Under the pieces are notes generated by a model. The model saw only the letters and a program-made list of their open reading frames with translations, was not told the DNA's origin and made no database searches. Of a DNA stretch of 64,000 nucleotides, positions 50,005-59,671 are shown in pieces. Source of the DNA: a virus; the IMG/VR virus record IMGVR_UViG_3300046780_000148, positions 1 through 64,000 of that record; one strand, 5' to 3'. Both the position numbers and the translations under genes were made by a program. Each line of letters begins with the position of its first letter. Positions within the stretch are counted from its first letter, which is position 1.

Positions 50005-50337
50005 TCACTTACATCCTAAGCTGACGACCAGCTCGTGCATCTTCTTTGCGACTGTAATACCTGTAGGAGTCGTGGGCGGTTGTGCGGTATAAGCCCCGTC
50101 GAGAGTGGTAAGAACCGCACAGAACTTTTGCTCATCTGCGAGGGCTTTCGTTGCAGCCACAGCAGCATCAGCAGCAGCCTTTGCAGCCTTTTCGGATGCG
50201 ATGTTACTTCGTCTTACGGCTTCATTGCCTACATGGTTTGTATATATAATGTTGACGAGTACGAGTAGTGCAAACGATACTATTACAGTGATGAGCAGAC
50301 GAGCAGTTGTCATTCCCATACGACGTGGTTGACTCAT
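50005..50337 (-). CDS. Membrane protein in lysis cassette
   Basis: N-terminal TM, Ala-rich helix, two Cys (C-terminal LGCK). Confidence 0.7.
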   Translation of the reverse strand: MSQPRRMGMTTARLLITVIVSFALLVLVNIIYTNHVGNEAVRRSNIASEKAAKAAADAAVAATKALADEQKFCAVLTTLDGAYTAQPPTTPTGITVAKKMHELVVSLGCK

Positions 50338-50365
50338 TTGATCACCCCAGCAATATGTAGCCAGA

Positions 50366-50614
50366 TTACGAAGACTGTTCCACCGACGAGGAAGGCGCTG
50401 ATGGCGATGATGACGTGGTTGTACGTGCGGGCGTCTCGCTGCCACGTAGCAACTGAACTGCTCCTACTGCCCCCGGCGTTCCGATTAGTGCTCCGTATAG
50501 GACTAGGAGGTCTAGGTTTACGTGACCCGTGATCTCTTGGTGGATTATACCGAAGACTCCCACCGCTAGAAGCACTAAGTCTCGGATCACCGCCACCAGT
50601 GCTTGAATTTTCAC
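50366..50614 (-). CDS. Holin-like two-TM protein
   Basis: IRDLVLLAVGVFGII and LLVLYGALIG hydrophobic segments; lies upstream of lysin. Confidence 0.6.
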   Translation of the reverse strand: MKIQALVAVIRDLVLLAVGVFGIIHQEITGHVNLDLLVLYGALIGTPGAVGAVQLLRGSETPARTTTSSSPSAPSSSVEQSS

Positions 50615-50647
50615 GCACTGCCTCTCCCTCTCCAGGTCTGCAAAGAC

Positions 50648-51130
50648 TTAACGACGATTGTCGCCCGAGCGGTCTGCTTCGCTCGATTGATTGAACCTAA
50701 GATGTTGACGTACTTCTTTGGGATCAATCCTAGTACCGGACCTAATAGCATCGATGTGTTCTTGAAACTTTGATATACGTTCAGGAGTAATTCCGTGGTG
50801 AACGTGAAATGGTTTGAAGTGATCACTTTTGTGATCTATGCTAACCATATTCTTCTTGACGTGGAGGATATTGTTGAGATGAATCTTCTTAGCTTCTACT
50901 GCCGTCATATTGTGAATGTCGGGCGGTTGAATAAACTGCTCGTGAAGAATGATATCCAAGATCGTTTCCGTGTCTGTGGGATCCAAGTCATACTCCACGA
51001 TACGCCAATGGGGCGCAGTAATCCCAATAGCGTGAGTATGTCCTGAACCGTCCGGCTTGATGAAGTGTGCGCGCCAAAGAGGTCTGGCGCTATCAAGTCC
51101 AAAAGCATCAGGTACATATATCTCTGGCAT
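50648..51130 (-). CDS. Hypothetical protein after tail genes
   Basis: AGGAGG RBS. Confidence 0.7.
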   Translation of the reverse strand: MPEIYVPDAFGLDSARPLWRAHFIKPDGSGHTHAIGITAPHWRIVEYDLDPTDTETILDIILHEQFIQPPDIHNMTAVEAKKIHLNNILHVKKNMVSIDHKSDHFKPFHVHHGITPERISKFQEHIDAIRSGTRIDPKEVRQHLRFNQSSEADRSGDNRR

Positions 51131-51138
51131 GGCACCTC

Positions 51139-52008
51139 CTAAAGTCTAAATGCCCAAAAGTTAACATGCTCAGCTGCTGACGATCCCGTTGTCCAAGCTA
51201 AGGTAAATCCACTAGTGGAAACTGAACGCAGTGACTGTGAATGGTTAGCAGTATCTTCCAGAACAGCGACTACGGCTACGGTTGTGCTCTTGGTGGATCC
51301 ATATGTTACTGCATACGATGTGTCACCAATAGTTCCTGCAGAAGGCCGACCCATGATCAAGCCTTGCGTAGCACCATCATCGAATGCATTCTCCCAGCGG
51401 CCGAAGTAACTTACAGTATTGGCTGCATCGTTGAAGTACCACCAAGTTGTATTGGTATTCCAAAGACCCATCCAAGCCTGGTCACTGAACAGATCTATGT
51501 AACCACCACCAGGTTGGAGTTGGTTAGGTGTTGCTATATCATCGCCCACCATAACATAGGCACGAGCACCATCAATACCATGGATTCCTCCATCGTATGT
51601 AACAGCGCCTCCGGCTGCAGGACCTGCGTATAGAATGCCTCGATCAGCCGATACACCAATGCGTGTACCCAAACCTGTTCCAGCATCGATACCCGAGTAT
51701 ATGACAATCTTCGCTTCGCCAGCTGTGTAGGTTCCTGGCGCTGAAATCATTGATGAATAGTTAGTTGGGTTGTCGTTCGGTACAAATCTTATCTCAGGCT
51801 CTGTGGTGCTATTAGGATTGATGACGATCGAATTGCCATTAGCCTTAACAACAGTAATGGATCCGTCATCGTTAATGGTAATGCCATTACGTGACACTGC
51901 TGTGAATGATGCCTGAGGACTTGTCTCTAGAGCCCTTAGGCGCTTCTCTAGTCCGAGGATGTGATCGATTAAGTCTTTCTTCTTGCCATTATATCTATCA
52001 AGAGTCAC
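51139..52008 (-). CDS. Minor tail protein
   Basis: N-terminal LEKRLRALET coiled coil, beta-rich body, C-terminal STSGFTL...WAF. Confidence 0.7.
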   Translation of the reverse strand: MTLDRYNGKKKDLIDHILGLEKRLRALETSPQASFTAVSRNGITINDDGSITVVKANGNSIVINPNSTTEPEIRFVPNDNPTNYSSMISAPGTYTAGEAKIVIYSGIDAGTGLGTRIGVSADRGILYAGPAAGGAVTYDGGIHGIDGARAYVMVGDDIATPNQLQPGGGYIDLFSDQAWMGLWNTNTTWWYFNDAANTVSYFGRWENAFDDGATQGLIMGRPSAGTIGDTSYAVTYGSTKSTTVAVVAVLEDTANHSQSLRSVSTSGFTLAWTTGSSAAEHVNFWAFRL

Positions 52009-53101
52009 TGACTTGGATCCCTTCAAAAGTGAATTGCACTTCTTCATCGGATCCTTGTTCAGGCGGATTATAATCCCACCGAATAATTCTCTTTACAGTA
52101 TTCAGGGTTACGGTATGCCAAGCATCTAAGAAGGACAAGTTGCAGTAGTCACCAATTCCCCAACTACCAAATATAGGATCCCTATCAGCCTTCTGCACTA
52201 CTACTAGGTTGTTAATGGGTGTAGCCGATAGAGCTGCTTGCTGCTTTGCTAACTGATTTAGAGTCTTCTGATCTGTAGTGTTCTTACTCTGTGCTATAAG
52301 GTCAATACGCAAGTATCCAGAGTCGATTAGATCCTGCCTATGAGTAATAGAAATCAGAGCCGAGTCACCCTGCCCAGCGCCTAGGGTGTAAACATCTGTA
52401 CCCGAATCACTAACAGAATCCGTTTCCCAGTAGTTAATGATGTTGCCGGGATAGTCGAACGTTAGCGAATCATCAGATAGCGCAGCACCTAGGTTGGGCT
52501 GTTCGGCACGCAACGTTACTAGGTAGGAATTGCCTAAGCGAGCCCAATCGATAATCCAGTCGAAGCCAATGTCGCCATTAGCTAGCTGATCCATAAGAGT
52601 GCCATAGTCCTGATAATCCGTTTCCAAAACGTGAACCGTCTGTGTAACAGTTTGCTGCTTGGGAAAGGATGCCGGCACAACCATGTTCAGGTTACTTCCA
52701 GCTTCTCCCTGCAGAGTATTCCAAAGTGCGATAAAGATATCTAGCTGATCACCCGTCATACTGAAGTCAGACATCAATCGGTAACTAGGATACTTCTCAT
52801 AGGACTTGCAATAGAGTTCTAGATTCTTTCCATCGCTCTGATATGTTCTCGCCCAAATGATTCCGCCCCAAATGACGGAACCAGCTTTCTCCGCAACCAA
52901 GTAGCAGAAGCCAGGTTCGGTAGCAAGCTTGACGGTGGCGTTGTCGTACCCCGTAGAGTCTAAGTAGAAGGTGGCACGAAGCTCTCCACCGGCATTAATC
53001 TCAGAGGACATGGTTACGCTAGAGAGCGGCAACTCCATCACTACTTCTCCGGTACGTATGTTACCGAGAACGTAGTTAATAGAATTGGTTAGTTGGGTCA
53101 T
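51998..53101 (-). CDS. Minor tail / baseplate hub-like protein
   Basis: VMELPLS, VIWGGIIWAR, FDYPGNI; position in tail operon. Confidence 0.75.
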   Translation of the reverse strand: MTQLTNSINYVLGNIRTGEVVMELPLSSVTMSSEINAGGELRATFYLDSTGYDNATVKLATEPGFCYLVAEKAGSVIWGGIIWARTYQSDGKNLELYCKSYEKYPSYRLMSDFSMTGDQLDIFIALWNTLQGEAGSNLNMVVPASFPKQQTVTQTVHVLETDYQDYGTLMDQLANGDIGFDWIIDWARLGNSYLVTLRAEQPNLGAALSDDSLTFDYPGNIINYWETDSVSDSGTDVYTLGAGQGDSALISITHRQDLIDSGYLRIDLIAQSKNTTDQKTLNQLAKQQAALSATPINNLVVVQKADRDPIFGSWGIGDYCNLSFLDAWHTVTLNTVKRIIRWDYNPPEQGSDEEVQFTFEGIQVSDS

Positions 53102-53102
53102 G

Positions 53103-54167
53103 CTAGTTCTGCTCGTATGTAAAGGCAAAGCTAATAGTATCAGTATTAGCCATAACTACGGGGGTAGAACCGCTCCATCTATCACCGTTGCTGCCTCCCG
53201 CTGCTAGCGTGTTGCTAGTAAGAGTGAAAGCTACATAGCCGTAGGTGTTAGCCGCAGAAGCGTCACGGATGGTACAAGTACCAGCCGATTCAAATACCGC
53301 TCCTGATTGAGTGTTGCTCGGAATGCTAATGGTATAGTTACCACTACCTGGCGCAGTGGTAGAACCAATAGTAATACGTGCTCGACCATGAACGATCTTA
53401 CCTATTTGTGTCCAGGAGCCCGTGATACTACCATTACCAATAGTCGGGAGAGTTCCACTGGAACTCCATGTGGGAGAGTACGAAGGCCACTGCGGCTGAT
53501 AAGCACTAATCGTGAGCCAACTACCCGAACCCACATCCCAGATTTGTAGTGTCTTCGTATCCGTGAGCCAAATTGCGTATCCTGCATACAAGTTGTTTGT
53601 GGGCTTAGTCGAACTAGTACAAGGATAGATGCCACCCATACTCGTGATAGGCAGTCGTGTATCGGTCACATTGGAATTCAGAACTGAGGTAACTCCTGCA
53701 TTGACACGAACTTGTGCAATGACTAGGGAGTTAGCTGGTGCTGTAGCAGGTGCCGGCGACGATGCAGGAGTACCTGCAATAACATTAAGTGCTGCGTCGT
53801 TAAACGCTGTACTATATTGTGCGTCGCGAATCTGCATAACAACAACGTCGATGCGTGGCAGTGTCGGATGCGACGCAGTTACTGTAACCGTAAGAGAGGC
53901 ATCGTTCAAGCAGGTGTACTGTCCCTGCTTACCGCCCTCAGTACCTGGTACAACACAAACGCCTGCTGCAATATCTACGGACATTGCAGGGCTTACTGAC
54001 TGCGTAACCTTGAGAGCCCCACCCAGCGTCATGTTGACACCACCGAAGGACTTAAGACTGTTAGAACTCAAAGGTCCAAGAGTAAGTGCATTGGCAATAC
54101 TTCTATCAGTCTCGGCCGTATGTGTGGCCAGATTCTGAAAATACGCTACGGGCTGTATAACGGTCAC
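53103..54167 (-). CDS. Minor tail protein
   Basis: MSVDIAAG, PRIDVVV, GTPASSP, LAQV-like, TDTR motifs of actinophage minor tail proteins. Confidence 0.8.
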   Translation of the reverse strand: MTVIQPVAYFQNLATHTAETDRSIANALTLGPLSSNSLKSFGGVNMTLGGALKVTQSVSPAMSVDIAAGVCVVPGTEGGKQGQYTCLNDASLTVTVTASHPTLPRIDVVVMQIRDAQYSTAFNDAALNVIAGTPASSPAPATAPANSLVIAQVRVNAGVTSVLNSNVTDTRLPITSMGGIYPCTSSTKPTNNLYAGYAIWLTDTKTLQIWDVGSGSWLTISAYQPQWPSYSPTWSSSGTLPTIGNGSITGSWTQIGKIVHGRARITIGSTTAPGSGNYTISIPSNTQSGAVFESAGTCTIRDASAANTYGYVAFTLTSNTLAAGGSNGDRWSGSTPVVMANTDTISFAFTYEQN

Positions 54168-54169
54168 AA

Positions 54170-55036
54170 CTACCTCCAGGCATCTCTGTAAGCGACAGTA
54201 GCAGTTGAAGTACTACCGGATGCATTTCGGTAGTGGAAGATGTTATTGCCGACGGGCAACAGGTACCAGTTGGGCAATTGTAAAGTACCTCGTCGACTCA
54301 CAGTGCCGTTCAACATGACTGTGTGGTTAAGCAAGTCGACTACTAGTACATCGGATACGCCCAGAGTAATGATAAACTGCAATGCAATACCCACAGTGTC
54401 GTTAGTAATCTGTGGATTGGTACAAGGACCTGTAATGGTAATAGTAGCTGGCGCAGGCCTATTTCCACCAACAACAAATGAGTACGAATCTGGAACCGTA
54501 ACGATGGTTCCGTACCCATAGTTGTAACTCTTATTGTAGCCACGACCACTTGTGATAGTAGACCCTGCAGCCATGACAATACTATTGAGAACGTTTGTGT
54601 ATAGTCTCGGATCTTCTGCATGTACTAAAAACTGAACTGGTGCTGTTCCAGTACGACGATCCTGTGTCCAGTTGTATCGACAACCCATAGGCTTAACGAA
54701 CAGCACACGCTCAGCAACACCTGGAGCCTTAACATAGAATGGTACCAGAGTCCGGCTGGGTGCATAGTTAGCTTTCAAGGAATCCAAATACGATTCCATC
54801 GTATCGCCGTCAGCGTAGATAGAACCCACTAGGACAATGTCGCGTCCTGATTCGAATTCAGCATCTACGAAGTCGCCATCGGCACCCTCGTGGTCGCGAG
54901 ATGCTTGTCTGAAGGGTGCGGAATCTAAACCATCAACTTCGATGATGTCTACAAACGGCACATCCATGCTATCGTCATTGAGCAGGACGCCAGTGTCAAG
55001 TAATTGAAACGTAAGGTCGTCTGTTAGGATCGGCAC
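54170..55036 (-). CDS. Distal tail protein (Dit-like)
   Basis: Immediately after tape measure; DPRLY, GNRPA..ITITGP..NPQI, L..GNN. Confidence 0.8.
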   Translation of the reverse strand: MPILTDDLTFQLLDTGVLLNDDSMDVPFVDIIEVDGLDSAPFRQASRDHEGADGDFVDAEFESGRDIVLVGSIYADGDTMESYLDSLKANYAPSRTLVPFYVKAPGVAERVLFVKPMGCRYNWTQDRRTGTAPVQFLVHAEDPRLYTNVLNSIVMAAGSTITSGRGYNKSYNYGYGTIVTVPDSYSFVVGGNRPAPATITITGPCTNPQITNDTVGIALQFIITLGVSDVLVVDLLNHTVMLNGTVSRRGTLQLPNWYLLPVGNNIFHYRNASGSTSTATVAYRDAWR

Positions 55037-55047
55037 CTAGTCCTCCT

Positions 55048-57975
55048 CTACTGCCGCATGGAAAGTTCCCAGCCAAGATCGGCTGCGTGCTTACGAGGAT
55101 TAACCTCTTGCGTATTGACCGTAATGTGGTTGTTAATAACCTTCTGTGGTTGCCCTGGAGCGGTACTTGTTGCGCTAGAGCCTTGCATCCCATACTGCGA
55201 GTTAGTATGTGGCATAATAGTTTTGTTAACTTCAGTTACTGTACTAGACAAGTTGTTCATCTGGTCGTGAATGCCGTTGATAAGTCCTGTCATAATATAA
55301 TTACCCGCAGGACGAAGCATCTTCAAGTCCTTAGACTTCGGACCCTTGTGAGTAATAATGAATACGCCAACATCCTTTAGGGTACTGCCTAGCTTACCCA
55401 TGGAGCTCGTAATGCCGTCGATCAACCCTTGGATAATATCCTTACCTGCATTCACCAGGAAGCTTCGTGCATTAGCGAATGCGGCCTTAATAACAAGTAC
55501 CATATTGGCAAACACGTTGGAACCATAGGTAGCAAACTTCCAAAGCCAAGAGATAAGATCGCCAATCCAACCAATAACCTTCTTAATGCCAGCTATAATC
55601 TTATCAATAGCTTCAACCATTCCAATAATGGAATGTACGACAGCGAAGATAACACCCGCTAGTACAATCAGTGCACCAACTAGTAGGACACCAATTACAA
55701 CAACGAAAGCGCCTACAACAATAATCAGGTATTTGAAATTGCTAGCCATGAAGGAAGTAAATTCCTTTACTTCCTTCTTGTGCTTACCTAGGTAGTCAAT
55801 AATCTCCTTGATCATCGGCATCAATATACTCTTGATCGCCCACGCAGCAACCTTGATACCGTTTTCTGCCCACTCCATCAACGCGTGCATCGCTTCGCGA
55901 ACCTTTGTATTAAAGGTTTTCAAAGTCCAATTCGAGAACCTTGCCAAAGCGGGACCAATGTCACGCTTAAAAATATCTCGAATCTTAGCAAGTACTGGCC
56001 AAAGGTAGTGGTCCCAAGCACGTCTAACACCCTTAGCAAAATCAACCAAGTAGCCCCAAAGGTCCTTAGCGATTTTGATTAAATCTTTCCAAGCAGTTTG
56101 TAGTACCGTAGTGTGCTTCCAAAGTATATAAACAAATCCGGCTATTGCTAGAAGTGCAATACCTACGCCACTGATAATCAAAGCGGCACCCGACAAACTA
56201 ATTCCTAGTGTGGCCATAGCACCGAGCAAAGTTATAATTGCTCCGCCAACAATTAGGAGAGCTCCTCCAAGTATTGCTAAAGCAGTTGCAGCTAGGAAGA
56301 GCCAAATAATTACCTTTTGTGTTGTCGGTGAAAGCTTTTCGAACTTGGTAAGAATTTTGTTGAGCCAATCAACAATAACAATCAGAACGGGCAATAGCGT
56401 ATTGCCAAGGAATACCTTAAGCGTCTGCCACTTGTTCTGCAGAAGTTGCGTCTGTGCTGATACTGTCTTAGACATTTTGCTATACGCCGACTGGAACTGC
56501 CCAGACGAGTGGTTCATATCATTAATGAATTTGTTGAGTGCCTTCAACTGTTCAGGATGTAGAATAACCTGATCCAAGAAGCGCCGAGCCTGAATGGTTC
56601 CACCGCCACCAAGGAACAGTGCTTGCAGCGCAGGCAGTTGAGACTTCTTAGGCATTGCCAGGATCTTCTTCTGGATCTCTCCTAAGAGTTCCGTGAAGGG
56701 CTTCAACTTACCTGCGGCCGTATAGGCCTCGATGCCGATGTCCTTCATGTTCATAACGGTTTTGGAGTTACCCAAGGCATCGAAAGCACGTGCAGCGGAA
56801 GCTGCAGCCATTGCAGGACTCAGACCATTACGAGTCAGGTACGCAAGAGCACCCGCAAGATCCTGAATTGAAGCACCATATCTCCGTGCAGAGGGAACAG
56901 CACGACCAATAACACTGGAGAACTGTGCATACGTTCCAACGCCCTTACGGACTAGCTGGAACTGGATATCCATAATTCTATTGACTTCTGAAAGGGGAAT
57001 CTTGAACGCATTCATGATACCCATTGTTGCAGTCGATGCATCTTGAACATCGACCTGACCAGCAACAGCACCCTTAGCAAACGCAGTAAGTAGAACCTTA
57101 GACTCTGCTAGGTTAGCATCCGTGGAAGAGAAGATGTCGTATAGGGTTGCTTGCATCTGATCGAACGGTGCTGCGATCTGATTAGCAACATCAATACCTT
57201 CTTGGCCCAAGTCCTGCAGAGAAGCCTTGAATCCATCTACCTGTGTTTGTGTTAGAGCAACTTGACGTTGGTATTCTACAGCAGATTTCGTTGTGGATAG
57301 TAGAGCAACGGCACCAACCGCACCTACGCCAATCAGTGCGATACCTGCTAGAGTAGCTGCCTTACCCACCGAGGACAAAGCATTATTCAAACGTGTCTGT
57401 GCTGCGTGAGCCGCATCAGCCTTGCGTGCACTCTTCTCAAGCGCACTCGCCTGTGCCTCAAGTGCTAGCGATTCCTTTTCCGTTTCGTCTGCAGCAATAC
57501 GGGCTGCAGCACCCTGCTTCATTTCAGCCGCTTCAAGGCGCAGCGCAGAAGTCTCTGCGGCCGTATTCGCCTTGAGTAGTCGAGCTTCCTGTTCTAGCAA
57601 ACGTGCATTGTTCTTAATGTTCTCGACTTCTACATCCGAGCCACCATTAAGCTTTCGTTCCTCTGCAAGTGCACGAAGGCCGGCAGCACGAGCTCGCAAG
57701 TCCTTTGCCTGCGCATCAGCGTTAGCATTGAGCTGAGACGCTCGGGCTTCAAGCGCTCGGGCATTTGCTTTGACCTCGTCCGTTTCCTTAAGAACAGTAT
57801 TCGCCGCACGCTTGTTCGCAGCTTCTTGCCGAAGGCCTGCAGCTTGTGCCCTAAGGCTCTGTGCCTGTGCTGCGTTACCCACCTTGAGCAAGTCACGAGT
57901 AACTCCGTTCAGTGCTCCCGATGCTTCATCGCGAACACGAAGAACGAAGAACAAGTCGCGTGCGGTAATGCTCAC
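55048..57975 (-). CDS. Tape measure protein
   Basis: 975 aa, Ala-rich helical, LRVRDEAS N-terminus, TM segments, follows chaperones. Confidence 0.9.
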   Translation of the reverse strand: MSITARDLFFVLRVRDEASGALNGVTRDLLKVGNAAQAQSLRAQAAGLRQEAANKRAANTVLKETDEVKANARALEARASQLNANADAQAKDLRARAAGLRALAEERKLNGGSDVEVENIKNNARLLEQEARLLKANTAAETSALRLEAAEMKQGAAARIAADETEKESLALEAQASALEKSARKADAAHAAQTRLNNALSSVGKAATLAGIALIGVGAVGAVALLSTTKSAVEYQRQVALTQTQVDGFKASLQDLGQEGIDVANQIAAPFDQMQATLYDIFSSTDANLAESKVLLTAFAKGAVAGQVDVQDASTATMGIMNAFKIPLSEVNRIMDIQFQLVRKGVGTYAQFSSVIGRAVPSARRYGASIQDLAGALAYLTRNGLSPAMAAASAARAFDALGNSKTVMNMKDIGIEAYTAAGKLKPFTELLGEIQKKILAMPKKSQLPALQALFLGGGGTIQARRFLDQVILHPEQLKALNKFINDMNHSSGQFQSAYSKMSKTVSAQTQLLQNKWQTLKVFLGNTLLPVLIVIVDWLNKILTKFEKLSPTTQKVIIWLFLAATALAILGGALLIVGGAIITLLGAMATLGISLSGAALIISGVGIALLAIAGFVYILWKHTTVLQTAWKDLIKIAKDLWGYLVDFAKGVRRAWDHYLWPVLAKIRDIFKRDIGPALARFSNWTLKTFNTKVREAMHALMEWAENGIKVAAWAIKSILMPMIKEIIDYLGKHKKEVKEFTSFMASNFKYLIIVVGAFVVVIGVLLVGALIVLAGVIFAVVHSIIGMVEAIDKIIAGIKKVIGWIGDLISWLWKFATYGSNVFANMVLVIKAAFANARSFLVNAGKDIIQGLIDGITSSMGKLGSTLKDVGVFIITHKGPKSKDLKMLRPAGNYIMTGLINGIHDQMNNLSSTVTEVNKTIMPHTNSQYGMQGSSATSTAPGQPQKVINNHITVNTQEVNPRKHAADLGWELSMRQ

Positions 57976-58211
57976 TTAGACCCCTTCGGGTTATCGAGCT
58001 CTTGCTTAACGTTCTCCCAGTGCATTACTCGGGTCATCCAATAGACGAAGTAATTATCCTGATCTAACAAACCTCCTGACTCCGGCAAGACGTGGTACTT
58101 AGCACATAACCTCACCGTAGTCAAAATGTCCATTGTGGCTTCTCTATGGTCCTCATGCTTACCCTGACCTGTTGTACAAATCAGTGCATAGAGAACCTCA
58201 TCTATTTTCCC
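57972..58211 (-). CDS. Tail assembly chaperone, -1 frameshift extension
   Basis: GGGAAAA at 58211-58205; LPESGGLLDQD motif. Confidence 0.75.
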   Translation of the reverse strand, partial: GKIDEVLYALICTTGQGKHEDHREATMDILTTVRLCAKYHVLPESGGLLDQDNYFVYWMTRVMHWENVKQELDNPKGSK

Positions 58212-58633
58212 TCGTCCTCGCCACTTTCCCAATCATTGTGATTGGTGATGAGGTCGTCGATCTCTTCACCAACATTGCCGTCGAGCATCTTAACGTGCTC
58301 AGGATTTTTAAAGTTGAGCATCGCTTCGCTCTCCGGGTTAGCGGGATCAATCAGGTAAGTAAGATTGTGATCCAAAATGGAGACTGCGAACTCAAACTGC
58401 GTAACCTCTTCGTTCATCATGTCCAGCTCGGCACTGAATGCCTGAGCCTGCTTAGAACGACGTTCTGCACGATTGCCTGCAGAAGAGTCAGTGTTGAGCT
58501 TCATCTTGGACATGAACGACTTACGCTTCATCTTCTCACCGTAGGTGAGGCGACGGATCTTTACAAACCCGCCGGGACACGATACCAGCTCGTGGGTGAC
58601 TGTACCATCACCAACACCGGTCGCAATTGGCAT
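58202..58633 (-). CDS. Tail assembly chaperone
   Basis: GGFVKIRRLTYGE; ends EGK-stop at slippery site, upstream of tape measure. Confidence 0.8.
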   Translation of the reverse strand: MPIATGVGDGTVTHELVSCPGGFVKIRRLTYGEKMKRKSFMSKMKLNTDSSAGNRAERRSKQAQAFSAELDMMNEEVTQFEFAVSILDHNLTYLIDPANPESEAMLNFKNPEHVKMLDGNVGEEIDDLITNHNDWESGEDEGK

Positions 58634-58652
58634 TACAGGCTCCCCTCAAAAG

Positions 58653-58709
58653 CCCGGGCCCCCTGAAGGGTAGAACACCACAGGGCGCGAAAGATTGAAA
58701 TTGGACCTC
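58653..58709 (+). repeat. 57-bp exact direct repeat, copy 2
   Basis: Identical to 44474-44530. Confidence 0.92.
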
Positions 58710-58833
58710 TAGTGTCTAAGCTCGTCTAACAAGAAAGATCTTGAGCCGGTGTATCTCTGTAGCTTCGAGTATTCCTCTTGTTAGACGTAGCTTAGACTTG
58801 ATTAGACTTAGTAGAGACTTCAAGCTAGAGCTC
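58710..58833. repeat. Phased TTAGAC/GTCTAA element, copy D
   Basis: GTCTAA at 58714, 58724; TTAGAC at 58781, 58792, 58802; AGAGAC at 58813. Confidence 0.85.
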
Positions 58834-59643
58834 TTAAGCAGCTAGCGTCATGGCCGTATGAATTGCTGCAATCTCTGCAGGCATGTTGAACGCCGAGTTA
58901 GGCATACCACTCCATGCCCAGACCATAACATCTGTAGCACCGGCTGCGCGACACTGATTGATCAACTTAGTTAGCCACTGGGCACGATTGGTGCCTACGA
59001 GATCGAGCGTAGAACGGTTGGCACCCATTTCTGCTACGCCCCAGGTGAAACCATGCTTCTTGCACCAAGCCACAATTGCAGCGATGGTCGCCGTGTAGTC
59101 GTGGTAGCCAGACTCTCCTGCCTTAGGAGAGATACCATCGAGGTCGAAGTAGTAGCGCGTGACGCCTTCGATGATGTACTTGTCGAGATTCTTATCAGGG
59201 TTGGTAGCACAGTCACCCGTAAGGATAACGCAAACGTTGCCAGTGCCCATAGCGACGAGATCGCGCATATCGTTCTGCCAGCCAGGGAAGTCGAATGGCA
59301 CTCCACCAGGCTGCTGGCTCTTAATGTCCTTAGCATCGACCTCGTGGACCTTGGTAGCCCACTTGTAGGTCTTGAGAACATCCGCCGTGGGCATTCCAGT
59401 CTTGAACGAGCCGACGCACTCGCGGTCGGAGTAAGGTGCGACTGCAAGAGCTCCAGAGAAGAAGATACGCATGATCTTACTCTTCACACCGAACTGCTTG
59501 TCGACTTCGGCAGCACCACCCGCAGCGGACCAAGGTGTGTCGCCCACTACGAAGGGCTCTGGCACAGGTACTGGAGGTACTACTGGTGCAGGCGTATACA
59601 CAACATCGATCGTGGAACCATCTTCGTTGGTAATTGTTGTCAT
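58834..59643 (-). CDS. Putative glycoside hydrolase (clan A/GH26-like TIM barrel)
   Basis: Pro-rich linker, HEVD, FDLDG, WGVAEMG, RAQWL, VMVW. Confidence 0.5.
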   Translation of the reverse strand: MTTITNEDGSTIDVVYTPAPVVPPVPVPEPFVVGDTPWSAAGGAAEVDKQFGVKSKIMRIFFSGALAVAPYSDRECVGSFKTGMPTADVLKTYKWATKVHEVDAKDIKSQQPGGVPFDFPGWQNDMRDLVAMGTGNVCVILTGDCATNPDKNLDKYIIEGVTRYYFDLDGISPKAGESGYHDYTATIAAIVAWCKKHGFTWGVAEMGANRSTLDLVGTNRAQWLTKLINQCRAAGATDVMVWAWSGMPNSAFNMPAEIAAIHTAMTLAA

Positions 59644-59671
59644 AGCCCCTCCCTCTAAGGCTAGTGCAGAC

